From Klebsormidium nitens (taxonomy: Eukaryota; Plantae; Klebsormidiophyceae): 64,000 nucleotides of DNA. The notes beneath the pieces were generated by a model, which did not search any database, had not been told where the DNA came from, and saw only the letters and a program-made list of their open reading frames with translations. The stretch lies in the NCBI GenBank assembly GCA_000708835.1, contig DF236973.1, positions 62,001-126,000 of the forward strand, given 5' to 3'. Below are positions 50,064 through 61,300 of the stretch, one piece after another. Position 1 is the first letter of the stretch. Each line of letters begins with the position of its first letter. The position numbers and the translations under genes were made by a program.

Positions 50064-52807
50064 ATGGCATCTACTGTCAGAGCTCCCTCAGCACTCCCTT
50101 CATCACCAATGGCTGCATCAGCACAGGCATCACCACGGTCTCGCATTGTTCCCAGGGGTTTCCATATACCTCCCCCTTACAGCTGCACTGTAGTGGGTTT
50201 GAGCAATCGAAGTTGCAACTGTACTGCAGTGGAAATGTGGAGAGAGAACGCTGAAAGGAGGTCAGAACTCGGGGGCCGCGGCAGTCAGCACATGATGCAA
50301 AAGCATGGAGTTACTGCCATAGGCTTAGCGACGGCCAAGGGAACAGCACAAAGGCAGATTGCGATTCGAAGGAGGCCACGTGTGGTTACGGTCGTGCAAG
50401 CATTGATGCAGGTACAATCATTTGGAGATCAATCCCTCATTTGCTAGAAAATCAATATGCATTCTGTGATTCGCTCAGAATTGACCATTTCATTGAGGTC
50501 CGAATCAATCTAAGAATGAATCTTCCTTGACAAGAAACGGCACATTCGATGTGTGCCCCTTCATTTTGCCAGGCCTAGAGACGGTGTCCTTGATACTTAT
50601 GCTTGTACTGATTCAGTTACGAATTGTTACAAGGTGTGCTGACGTTCAAGTTGCTTTTGTTTGATCAAGCATGGTCTTTGAGAAGGTTCAACTAAGAATG
50701 GCTGCAAATCGGTTGGACCTCATCATGGATTACAACACTGATCGATCTACTGGAAGCCCTCACCATGAGTTTTTTTTATTGCAGCCGGTTTTTGAGAAAG
50801 ATACTCAAGACCGCGGCCGCCAGACCTTCGAGCTGAAGGTGTGTCCACCGTTCTATATGATACATCTTTTCAGATTCTGTACTTGACTTCAAATTCAAGC
50901 AGGTAGTAGGTAACAGGCTGAAGTTAATCTGAGCAGATGAATAAGGCTGGCATGATCAAAGTTGCAGTGTCATTCACATTTGCTGATACTCTGCCATACT
51001 TATCCAAGTTGCAGGTCTTGGACGACTTCCCGGTTCTGCATGTTGCAACAACTCTGGACCAACTCTTGAAGGAGTACGACCTGTCACTAGATCCACGCTC
51101 TCTCAGTCAAACTTGCCTCGACGTAAGTGCAATCTTAAGTGCTACTACGAGTGTTTGTCAATTCTTAAAACAAGAACCAACTGTTGCAAAAAGTCTGTTC
51201 TAAGCTCTGTAAAAATGTCTTCAGCATGATGCCACTGGTGTCGTCACATGAGGATGGAAAGTGACATGCGGAAGCTCACCCGTTCCAATGCAAAGTCAGG
51301 TATTCCCTTGGGTTTGCAGGTGCAAAAAGTTGCGGTTGCAGATGGATACCCAATCTGCGAGGTCGGATACATGGCCAACGCATTGGAGGGCGCAGGAGTA
51401 CCAGAGGGGCTGGCCCTGCTAATGGCAGTAGAGATTGCGGATGCGTTTTCATCGTTTACAGGGGACTGCCATGATCCGGGGGTGGTGCTTTTGGGACGGG
51501 AAGGTGCTTCATTTCCATCCATCAAAAAGGTGGGAATCTTGGTACTTTGGAATTATGAGGTTTCTTCTAGTTACTGCTTAGCATACATCTCACACATGGA
51601 ACCTGTAAGAAGGTCCTCACCGTTGGAAAGCATTCTGCAAATTTGTGTTGCAGCTGTTCTTCCCTCTCGTCGCGACACTGTGATTGGTGTTGTTGATGAA
51701 TTGCTAATCTGATTCTTTTACAGGGCGTGCTACTGTGGGGCAGTCTTCTCGCTGCTGTGTCAGCAGTGCTCATCTTCCATGTAAGTCCAATGAAAGTCGA
51801 GCAGACTTTGGTTGAGTAGCTCTAATGATCGTGCACAAAAAAACCTCGCGAATCAGGTCGCACAAATCGATCTTGTGTACTTGCAATATGAGTTGCTTGC
51901 GCAAGTTGGTGCAAGTATGCGACAAGCTGAGACTTAGACGAGCAAAACCGTTTGTTACTAGATACGTATTTCTCACGAGCAGATGTTGTCTTTTGTTTTG
52001 CAGGGCTCGTCTAGCCCTGGTGCAAGTGGCTTCGGCTTGCTACCTCTTGCTCACAGGGACCTCTTCCTTCCATCTATGCTCCAGCTTCTGGTGAGTGTCT
52101 CTATCTTACTCGAAGTTGCGGCTTTCCATTACCTTGTGTTCTTTTCCTACGGCGAAGTGCATCTGTCTTCTCAGGTTGGTTCGACACCGTTTTGATTCCC
52201 GAATCCAAGGTCCTGAAAGGCCAATTTATTGCAGATTCTGGACAGATATGGCCTGAGCTACAAAGAGATTGTCACTCAGCACAACATCCATCAGATCGCC
52301 AAGATCTCAGAAACTCTTCGGAAAGCCTTGTCGGGCCCAAAGATGCAAAGGGTGTTGAACGGCATGTTGCGGGACGGATTTTGGAGCAAACTGAGCAACT
52401 CAGCAAGCCCGAGCAGAAGACAGATATTCATCGCTTTGGACAAGCACGTGCAAGCTGGTCTTCTGCAGCTTGGTCAAAGCAGTGTCCCGCAAGTCCAACA
52501 TAGAGCAGGCGATCCTCCTGAGCAGACAGCAGCGAAGTTCTTGGCGGCAGCGTTCTTGCACCCTTCCAATGCAGTCTTTACAAGCAACCTGAGAAACATG
52601 TTCCGCAATCTAGCCACTTGTAACTGGACGGCGCCACAGGAACGCTTTCTGCTGAGTGCGTACTTACAAGCGCTGCGAAACCCAATCTGTCATGCCACGG
52701 CGGAAGAGGGGACCGTTGAACACTTGCGATTCTCTGCCGTCGTCAAAATGCTTTTCCAGAAACCAGGCCCAACCAGCGAGCTCGGAGAAAAACTGATCAA
52801 ATTCTGA
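50064..52807 (+). CDS. Hypothetical multi-exon protein with transit-peptide-like N-terminus and one TM helix; tentative exons 50064-50260, ~50574-50633, ~50785-50838, ~51014-51123, ~51320-51529, ~51724-51780, ~52003-52090, ~52235-52807
   Basis: A phase-consistent GT-AG chain gives MASTVRAPSALPSS...RPRDGVLDTYAC..PVFEKDTQDRGRQTFELK VLDDFPVLHV.. VQKVAVADGYPICEVG.. GVLLWGSLLAAVSAVLIFH GSSSPG.. ILDRYGLSYKEIV..LIKF*. No family recognised; the first exon is the least certain. Confidence 0.6.
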
Positions 52808-55093
52808 GATCGACATTTTCCAAATACAGTAAGGTTCTAGCATTTCTCGCATAAATGGATACTTGATATGCTTTCTTCAAGGCTTCAATAAATATTCATT
52901 GCTCCATCTCTTCCAGGCCGACTCCGGATGCCATGAGATATATGCACTTGTACCTGCTCTCCTTCTGCGACAATCGTTTGATACCCTTGGTGATTGCAGG
53001 TTGACTTATGTTGCTGAAGACGGTCACCGCATGCAGTAACGCTCGAGGGAACACAAATCGGAGCTGCGGAAGTCTGTAGGATGGTCGTTGAAAGTGAAGT
53101 GGCCACGTCGCGATGCGCCGCAAGATATTGTTTCTATTTCTCGTGAGAATCGTTCAATTCTTATATGTTGTACATAGTTGTCATCTTGTCAATCTGGAGT
53201 CCTTGGGTCTAGGGGCTGTGTAGACTTCGGAAAGACCTTGATCATTTTTGGCTGTGTACAAAGTTAATTGACATCTACAGCCATTTGGATAAGTTTCCTT
53301 TGAGCAATATAGCACTTCGAAGATGCAGTAAGTCAATGTTGAGGCAGTGGGCGACATATGTGGTGTCATCATTGCAAACACTTTGCGATTGACTCGCTAC
53401 AGTTGTGTAGATGTGTTAGAGTGCCGGCCGCCCTTATTACTTTCCACCAAGCGGCTCGTTGTTGAGAGCATTGCACATGCGCACGTACGATAGGCTCAGT
53501 GAGCGGATCGACGCATTCCAGTTTTAGGCCATGCGGGCTGCATCGATACTACAAATATAATCTGCAATTATCCAATTGCAAACTCTCATGATGATTCTGA
53601 ATTGTAGACTGATTGCAGTCAACCGTGCAGTGATTGGGTTGCGAATCCACCCCGCTCTATGCGCAGCTAGATGACCAACTGAGCTGCACCAGACGGTGCT
53701 TCGAACCTCTCAATATTGAGCTTCCATACATCATATGACCATATATACATACCCATCCAAGCCATACAGCTTCTATACAAAGTCTTATGGTTGACACCGT
53801 GCATGTGTTGTTAAGAAAACATAGATACTCTCTGCCAAGTGCGCACGAGGAAGCAAAGGCTTCTGAATTGTAGCGAACAATTCGGGGGGCGCCAAGTACG
53901 GTGGTCATTCTTCTTGCACTCGTTCCGAAAATTAAGCGCAGCTACTATAGCTGCTCATGGTACTGGATCGTGTTAGCCAACGCTTTTGGCACTTTCAGCC
54001 TCTCATTTATATAATTACCTTGCCGCGCTACACAACCATGAACAGCCTACTCTTCAAAGAACGTGCTCATCTGTACCTTTGCCACCGTTGCAACAAAGAT
54101 ACACACTCGAACTCCTATCTCACACCGAGTCGTAGCCCGGAAACTTTGCGTTTTGGGGGTTCGTCAGATCTAGGTACAGACACGGAGTCCCCGCCAGACC
54201 CTCGAACAATGACCACTGACGGTCGCCCCCGTGCATTTCGCCCGCCTCGATCAGGGCGTCCGCTTCCTCAGACCGGAAGCGTCCGAATGCGTGCGCGCGC
54301 TGGAGGTGCTTCGCGTCGCCCGTCAGCTTGTAGAGCGCGAGGAAGACGTACGCGTTTCCGGCGACGCCGTGGCACAGGCCGACCTTGCGGAGGAGGCCGC
54401 GCTGCCAGACGACCTCTCCGGCCTCTGTTGCGGCCTGCACCCGAGAAAAGGTGTGATGTGAGACAAAACCGACGTCTCTCTCTCCAGTATCAAGGAGCTT
54501 TGAGAAAAGGCGTGACCCAGCGCTATAACTCGCGAACTGACAGGAGGCTGCCAGACGATTCCCCGGGCCATCACAACGGCCCGCAACCGAGAGACGTCGG
54601 CCTTAGCGGTCGGAGCTCACGGCACCGGGCGAGGCCGAAAGATGTTCGACAACAATTCCTGGACCGACTGTGCCGCAGTCAGAACTCATTCTTCAATCCA
54701 CCTGCAAGAACGCCTTGCCGTCTTCGTTGTTCCGGAGCCGCCGCTCAGCGGTACAAAGCGCGAGCGCGATGAAGAACATGATCGCAGCTGCCAGCTCGAT
54801 GTTGCTTGAACAGACATGTCCAAAAGGAGCCTGGTTATAAAAGAATCAAGATTGAGGCGTCAATCTTACCTGCAAGAACACCTTGCCGTCTTCGTCGTTT
54901 CGAAACCGCCGCGCGGCAGTGCACAGCGTGAGCGCCACCCCCGCCGCCCCGTGGCACCACTGAACGCGGACGTCCGCGTGTCCCCGACGACGGTCGGGTA
55001 GTTCCCGCTCGGCAAGCTCGTCCGGAGCAGCTGGTGGAGCGTCTTGCGGACGTCAGAGAGGTCCGTATCGGACAGGGGGAAGTGCAGTAGAAT

Positions 55094-55545
55094 CTGCGAG
55101 ACAGAACATTTTGCCGTCAACGGAACTTTTAAATGGCCTTCTTCTTGCGAAGCCTCTTGCGGGCGTTGGAAAGATCCGAATCGGACAGGGGAAAGTGCAT
55201 CAGGACCCGCAAGAGCAGTGCAAAGCTGCTGTCAAGTGGAAGAACTCCGGCAGTTTGCGGGTCCTGCCCAGCTGGTGAAGCATCTTGCGGACGTTGAAGA
55301 GGTCCCAATCGGACAGGGGGAAGTGCAGTAAAACCTGCATGAGCAGCAAAATGTTGCTGTCCAGCGGCAGGAAATCTGAGGATCGCTGGAAGTCTGGAGG
55401 TAGGTTCTGGCGAAACGCAAGTTGAGAAGACTTGTACATGGGGAAAAGCCAACCGAGTCCAAGCAGCGGCTGGAACGTCCTCAGCATGTCCAACAATGTC
55501 TCGTCAAGAATGGGAACGAGCAGCAGAGTCTTGCGGAGGACGCAG
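55094..55545 (-). repeat. Three degenerate copies of the exon-3 acceptor and exon start inside LanCL copy 2 intron 2
   Basis: Junction copies at about 55206, 55334 and 55529 translate to VLMHFPLSDSDL, VLLHFPLSDWDLFNVRKMLHQL and TLLLVPILDETLLDMLRTFQPLL; the real junction is 55093. Confidence 0.82.
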
Positions 55546-56108
55546 TGAAAAGATATCTGGGCCGTACAATTCATGATGCCGAGAAGCGTTGAACGGGCTC
55601 TGGTGATGTTCGTTATGCGGGGTCTAGTTTGTGTCTTGGTTCAGCAGCTTGGATTGTTGTCTAGATGTTCGGCAATGATTTGTCAGACTGGCAAGAAAGG
55701 ATCATAACTTGTACAGAGGGACATTTCGTTGGACTCGTCCATGAATCCAAAGACAATGCACAAGTTTTAACGGATATCAATGAACCAAGAAGAAGGGTGC
55801 AAAGGAAGGGGCTTCCAAGCGGACTAGTTTTCAGGCCCGATCAGCTCATACAACTTATTATTAAGATGTTAAACATGTCCTCGGCCGACAGCATTCAGCA
55901 CAGATGAAGATGAAGGGAAAGTCAAAAAGTTGAAAACGAACGAAGTTAAACACCCCAAATTTTGTTAGCGGATCAAACGAGAAGACAGCTATCAAAAGGC
56001 GTTCGTCTACTTGTCAGTCTGTCACACACATCATCAAGGTGAAAACAGTATTGCCCCTCCACTGGAACCAGGCTCTAGCTCAAAGGAATCCTGTATCTAC
56101 AACTGACA

Positions 56109-56321
56109 GAGCGGGGGCAAGAAGAATTTCTGGTCCGGGGCCGGGGACGCTGTTGGAAGGCATGACGTTGCGAGGTTTAGGTCTTTGACCGGGGCCTCCT
56201 CATCATGATTGGCTGAAAGGAGCCTAGCCCAGGGTTTTGGCCCTAAACCTCGCCACGTCACACCTTCTAACAGCGCCCCCGGCCCCGGTCCTGAAATTAC
56301 TGATTCTCCTTGACCCCGCTC
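56109..56321. mobile_element. 213-bp foldback/MITE insertion in LanCL copy 2 intron 2
   Basis: Termini GAGCGGGGGCAAGAAGAAT ... ATTCTCCTTGACCCCGCTC; inner ~57-bp arms 56125-56181 and 56242-56298; flanking TGACA duplicated (56104-56108, 56322-56326). The paralogous intron has a single TGACA at 47714-47718. Confidence 0.85.
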
Positions 56322-58357
56322 TGACATTTCCGGACCAGTATGCAGATAACTGTAGCACAAGATTCTTGTCACAAGATTCTGCGGAAACCAAGAAACCTAG
56401 CATTCAAGAATTTGACGAGAAGGCTAGGCGTGGGCAGCTAAGGGGGAGAGGACAAATGCTCTTAGTTGGTAACCCACAAAAAAAAGAATCTATCTCTTAA
56501 GAAGATCAACAAATGAATCAACATGCCCAAGTTGGCGGTTGCTGCTATCACATGAAACTTGGAGGCGCAGTCAGCCGCACTTGAGACGCCGTATCCTCAA
56601 TTAAAAGACAATCTCTCAGCTCACAATAACATCCCTAAATCAAGAATCGTGCGTTTCGGTCTTGACACACTGCTTAAGCAGATCAACAAAACAGAAAACC
56701 AACGGCACTCACATGCATAACCCCAGCCACGCCGTGTGCCGCCCCCAGGTAGCGCTTCCCATGCCATTCATACATCAGGGGCCATTGGGAGCCCCTCGCG
56801 CATGCCCTCCCGTCCGCCAGGATGGTTGACACTATTGGTTGAGTCACACTCTCTGGAATGATTCCTTGCCCTAAGTGAGTGTTAAGAAACAGGGCAGACC
56901 ACAGGAAGCCCGCCCTGCCGTACAGCAGCTCGTTGGGGGGATCGGAGTTGCATTGTAGGGACGGCGTCGCAAGGTTGGGCATGTGTCCAGCCTGCAAGCA
57001 AGGGGCTAATCTATGTCAAGGCTGAAATACATAAAATTGCTTCTGCTTGCACAGACTGGTCAGGACGACATAGACATTGCAGAGGCTCTGAGTTGGATTA
57101 ATGCTTGGTATCTTTGGTGATTGTCATGCACCAATACGCCGCCGAAAGAATCGGGCGCCTTAGATGCAGACACCCTCTGAAGTACATGACTGCATGTTCT
57201 ATCATCCATGCTGGTCACTCATGAGTACCTATTCTGGAACAGCTTGAAGTACGGACTGCGCTTGCAATTAGAGGGTTGCATGACGTCTCTAAGAGTACTT
57301 GCTTCTCTCAAGGGAGAAGCAAGTATATCACAAACCTGTTGATCAATTGGAAATCTTCAGCCCTCAACTATTTACGGGCCAAGAGGTAGTCATGCTTCAC
57401 TAGTGACGATGAAGGTGGTGGTTGGATGGGTGTAAACTTTCCCCGTCTCATGCAATTGAGATCACTCATGCCGCAACTCACCTGCAGGAACATCCTGAGG
57501 TAGACATTCTGAGCGTCTCGCTTGCCCGCATGGAATGCCGCCACTGCACCGAGCGCATACACCCCTGGCTGCCCCAGCAGGAACGACGGGTGCTCTCTCA
57601 TCATCCCCGCCACTTTGGCGCACTCCTCAACGATCTCCATACATGTCTCTAGATTATTTGGATGCGTGGCTGCAAGCGTCAATTTGAGCAGCAGAAAGGC
57701 TGTTCCTCCGCTGCCAGTGTACACATAAGGGTCTCTTACACGTCCCGCGGCCCCTCGGGGTTCAATCCATGTTTCAGAGATGATCCTGTCGATGAGAGCA
57801 CATGCATGCTTTGTGAATGCTCTCTGGGCCGCCTCATCCAGTGTTGCGGAAGCGTAGCGATTCAGCAAGGAGGTGCTGAAGTGACGAGATTCGCCTGCCA
57901 TGGCGCTGTCATTGAGATTGCATTTCTCCTTTTGAGCCAATGAAGCCAATTGACTTTCACTGTCAAAGTAGCCAGGCTTGCCTCCTCCTGCATTTGAACA
58001 TGCATGCTTTTGCAGGGCTCGTGTTCGAAGGGGTCCCCCTCAAAGCATGCAGCCTGCTTGCCGTCGATTCGGATACAGGGCCATCGGACGGTCTATAAAC
58101 GCTCAAATAATAGGAAACTAGCTACGGCCCCAGCCACTTTGTCTTGCATGGTCTTCAGTCTTCGATCAGAGCAGGACACACACCTGCCCATGCAACTCCA
58201 TGGCAAGAGCAGGTGCTGCCTGCACTCCTGAGTTTCATCGTCAAGTTTTGACAGGCTTCTGATTTGGTAGCATCTGATTTTCAATTGGGCATTTTCTCTG
58301 CTCACGATGCTTTTTGCTCAAGCAGGTTTCTGACGGGGTTGCGTGGCGTCCCCCGCA

Positions 58358-61300
58358 ATGGACGACGCAGACTTGAGTGCCCTGCTGGACGAGCTGGGGA
58401 GCGACGGCAGCGAAGATGAGAGCGCGTTTGAGAGGACGCTGGACGATATCCTGGGAGAAGACGGGGACAGCGAGGATCTTTGGACAATTGACCCCCAGCC
58501 AACAAAGGAGGTCAGCAAGGTGGTCAAGGTCCAGCCGATCAAGGAGTTGACACCAAGGCACAGCGGCGAAGAGTTGGAAAGAGCGGCGAGGAGTCCAGCT
58601 AAAAGTGCATCCGATGGGGGCAGTGTCAAAAGTGGGAGAGGTATCATGCCGGTACAATCAATCAGTCCGCCAAAGCATGTGCCATTGGCGAGCCCTCCAG
58701 GGAAGAAACTGGCCTCCAGTGTGCCTGAGACGAAGCGGGCCGCAGAGAAGAGCTCGCCGGAATTGCCGGTCGCTGATCAGCGGAGCACCCAGCAATTAGC
58801 GCAGGAGACTGGCGAGGGGTTTGGTTTGCGGCCTTCGGTACTGGCAGAAGCAAGCCATTCGGAAGCTTCAGTGAAAACTGCGGCCGTGAGGGGTCAGGAA
58901 GCCTTTCCAAAGTCGCCCCCGTCCGAGGTTAAGAAGAGGGACAGTTCGAATGAAAGGGTGGTGCAAAATGGGGTTGAGTCATCGTCAAAGCCGCAGGTTC
59001 TGGCAAAGCAGCGGTCGGATGCTGGGAAGCGGTCCGAGGCTGCTGTTAGAGAAGAGGGGGAAAAGGGGGCAGTTCCGGGTCCAGCACCGAAGGTTGCGGT
59101 TAACCATGAGGAACCACAGCAAAACGAAGTCTTGGAACCTCACCGTGTGCAAGAAAGCCACTCGGCAGCACCTCAACCGAATGGGGCTGAGAATACGGAC
59201 TTGGCAAGGGCTGAAGTGGAAGCAAAACTGAAGCTGCGGGAACGCGACTTGGAGCGGCTTTTGGAGGACAGCGTTCAGGAGGTGGGGGCGGGGGCGCCTG
59301 TGGACGAGAAAAGTGCGGGTGAGGCGAGCGAGGGGGAGACGAAGGGGCTTGAAAACAGCGAAGTTGCGCCAGAGGAGCACCTGGACCGTCAGCCAAGCGC
59401 CTTACAGATCGTGAGGCCGCTAAGATCATCCATTTTTCCAATTTGTGCATTTATACGTGCACCAGTGTCGAAAGGTATGCGACACTGGCTCCGACTACAA
59501 AGTTTGGAGAGTGTCTGAGGCATCCTTGTCTTCCCAAAATCTTTTTTTGTTGTTTCTATATGCCACAAATTTCTACCCACAGGATTTGCCTCCTGAGTAT
59601 GGGAAAAATACGGCGATGGCGGTTACTTGAAGATAAGTTTTTCCTCTCACACCACCATCTGAACTTTCCTGGAATGTCGAGGGCCAATTGTTAGGCGAGC
59701 GCTCCATTGGTTCATCCTGAAGAGACAAATAGCTTCAGCTTTTTCTATATTTGTCAGCTTGTTCATTCCACCATCCATTCAATGACTGGAAGACTTGGTC
59801 CATCATTCTCCCCATGCATTGTGAAAAGGCTCCAATACCTTTGTTAATCTGGTGCTATCTCGTGTGCAAACCTGGCCGCTTGCAGTATTGTGATGCATTG
59901 GTCGCTGTTTGAACTTGAGCATATGTCCTCCCCAACTTGGAGCGATGCCGATGGTTGATGTAAAGGAAGGGACACCACTAAAAGACAAAATCGTTCATGT
60001 TCAGGCTGAGGAACTAGAGCGGCTGCGCTCGTCTTCCGGGGCTCATCTGGAGGAGGGCGCGGCCGCACAGCCGATGCAACTGGAGGGCGCCTGGGCTGGG
60101 CCCCCCGCAATTGGAGTTCTTCGGGTGGAAGAAGTGGAGGCGCTCTCTGCCGCACTCGGAACACCCACCATGAAAAGAGACCATGGCGAACCGCAGGTGA
60201 GGCCTGAGGCGGGACTGTTTCTATACTTGTTGCCGTGGCAGTCCGAGATACAATCAAATCTCGCTGCTGGAGTTGACGTTTTCAGATCTTTTTGTTCTTT
60301 GTCGTATTTATATGGGCTTTTAAGGTGTGGTAAGAATGTCATCTCATCGACCTCCCCTGACTTGCGGATCGCTGCTGAGAGATTGTCTGAAGCTTTCCCT
60401 GCAGCTGAAAATGATCGTTAGCGAGTGCAGAAAAGTCGAAGGGTCGCTACGACGCCTCTTCAGTCGCAAGCTCTTCCCGGCCTCCACCTTCTTCATGAGA
60501 GCCTCCCTTGACAACAAGAATGTATTAATGGGGCAAATGGGGCGTTCCAATTTGAGAACATGCTTGACAAGCGCAAGGGGCGATCTCAAACTCCTTCAAA
60601 TTAAAGTCTTGTCAGAAGCGCACACTTAGGACACGATTGGGAAGCCCCCCCCGAAAAGAAACTCACTCTTGTCACACTGCAGGCCCTCGCCCTCCACCCC
60701 AGCTTCATTGCCGTCGGTCTCTCCCGAGGGGGGGTCCTCATGGCTCCTGGGAAGCCCAGCAAAGACAGCGCTCACCAGAACCAGTCCAAGGCGTTCGTGC
60801 TCGGAGGGGGGGGACACGTGGCATGCTGTGCGCTGGACGTGCACCTGTCGGGGGAACTGCTGCTGGCGGGGTATGCGGACGGGACGCTCATCCTGTGGGA
60901 CGTCCAACGTGCGACGCCAGCGAGGTATGGCGGCTCGCTCAGAGCCGAATAATAGATTTTTTTGAACCTTGACAACGCGGTTTGAGCTTCCGGGACAATC
61001 TCAACTGCAGTCTTTCTCACGTTTACCTTCTTTCTGGCCCCGTTTCGTACTCTTGAAACGCAGCCCACTGAGAACTTTTAGATCCCCACTGGCTTTTCTT
61101 CTCTTTTGTCCAACGCCTGTTCCAGTCGAGCCGTCCCCCTCTGTTCTGCTTAGCAACGTCCTTTCCACCACCTCGCCTTCAGTTTTCAGAGACTTAAAGT
61201 AGCATAGTGGTTTTGCCAACAGATCTTCCTGGGATTTCTTTTTGGCGTTCTGTTTCTCTTGCTTTTACCGATTCCCTCTTAGCCAACTCAGTTGGCAGAC

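Larger units (their letters stand above)
54120..57901 (-). pseudogene. LANCL: LanC-like protein copy 2 with a 1-bp frameshift in exon 3 (pseudogene, sequencing error or unusual splicing); exons 57901-57482, 56991-56713, 55093-54870, 54434-54120
   Basis: Same exon structure as copy 1, with flanks and introns also alignable. Exon 3 is 224 nt versus 225 nt: GGGGACACGCG (11 nt) replaces GGCGAAACGTCG (12 nt) just before GAC GTC CGC GTT CAG TGG TGC CAC, shifting the WCHG motif out of frame. Confidence 0.8.

Noticed and set aside
44607-57901. Lanthipeptide (RiPP) cluster suggested by two LanC-like genes and Cys-rich peptides
   Set aside because: The genes are intron-containing eukaryotic GCR2/LanCL types. 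No LanB/LanM dehydratase, precursor or transporter is nearby, and the Cys-rich modules are over 18 kb away and look disulfide-bonded.
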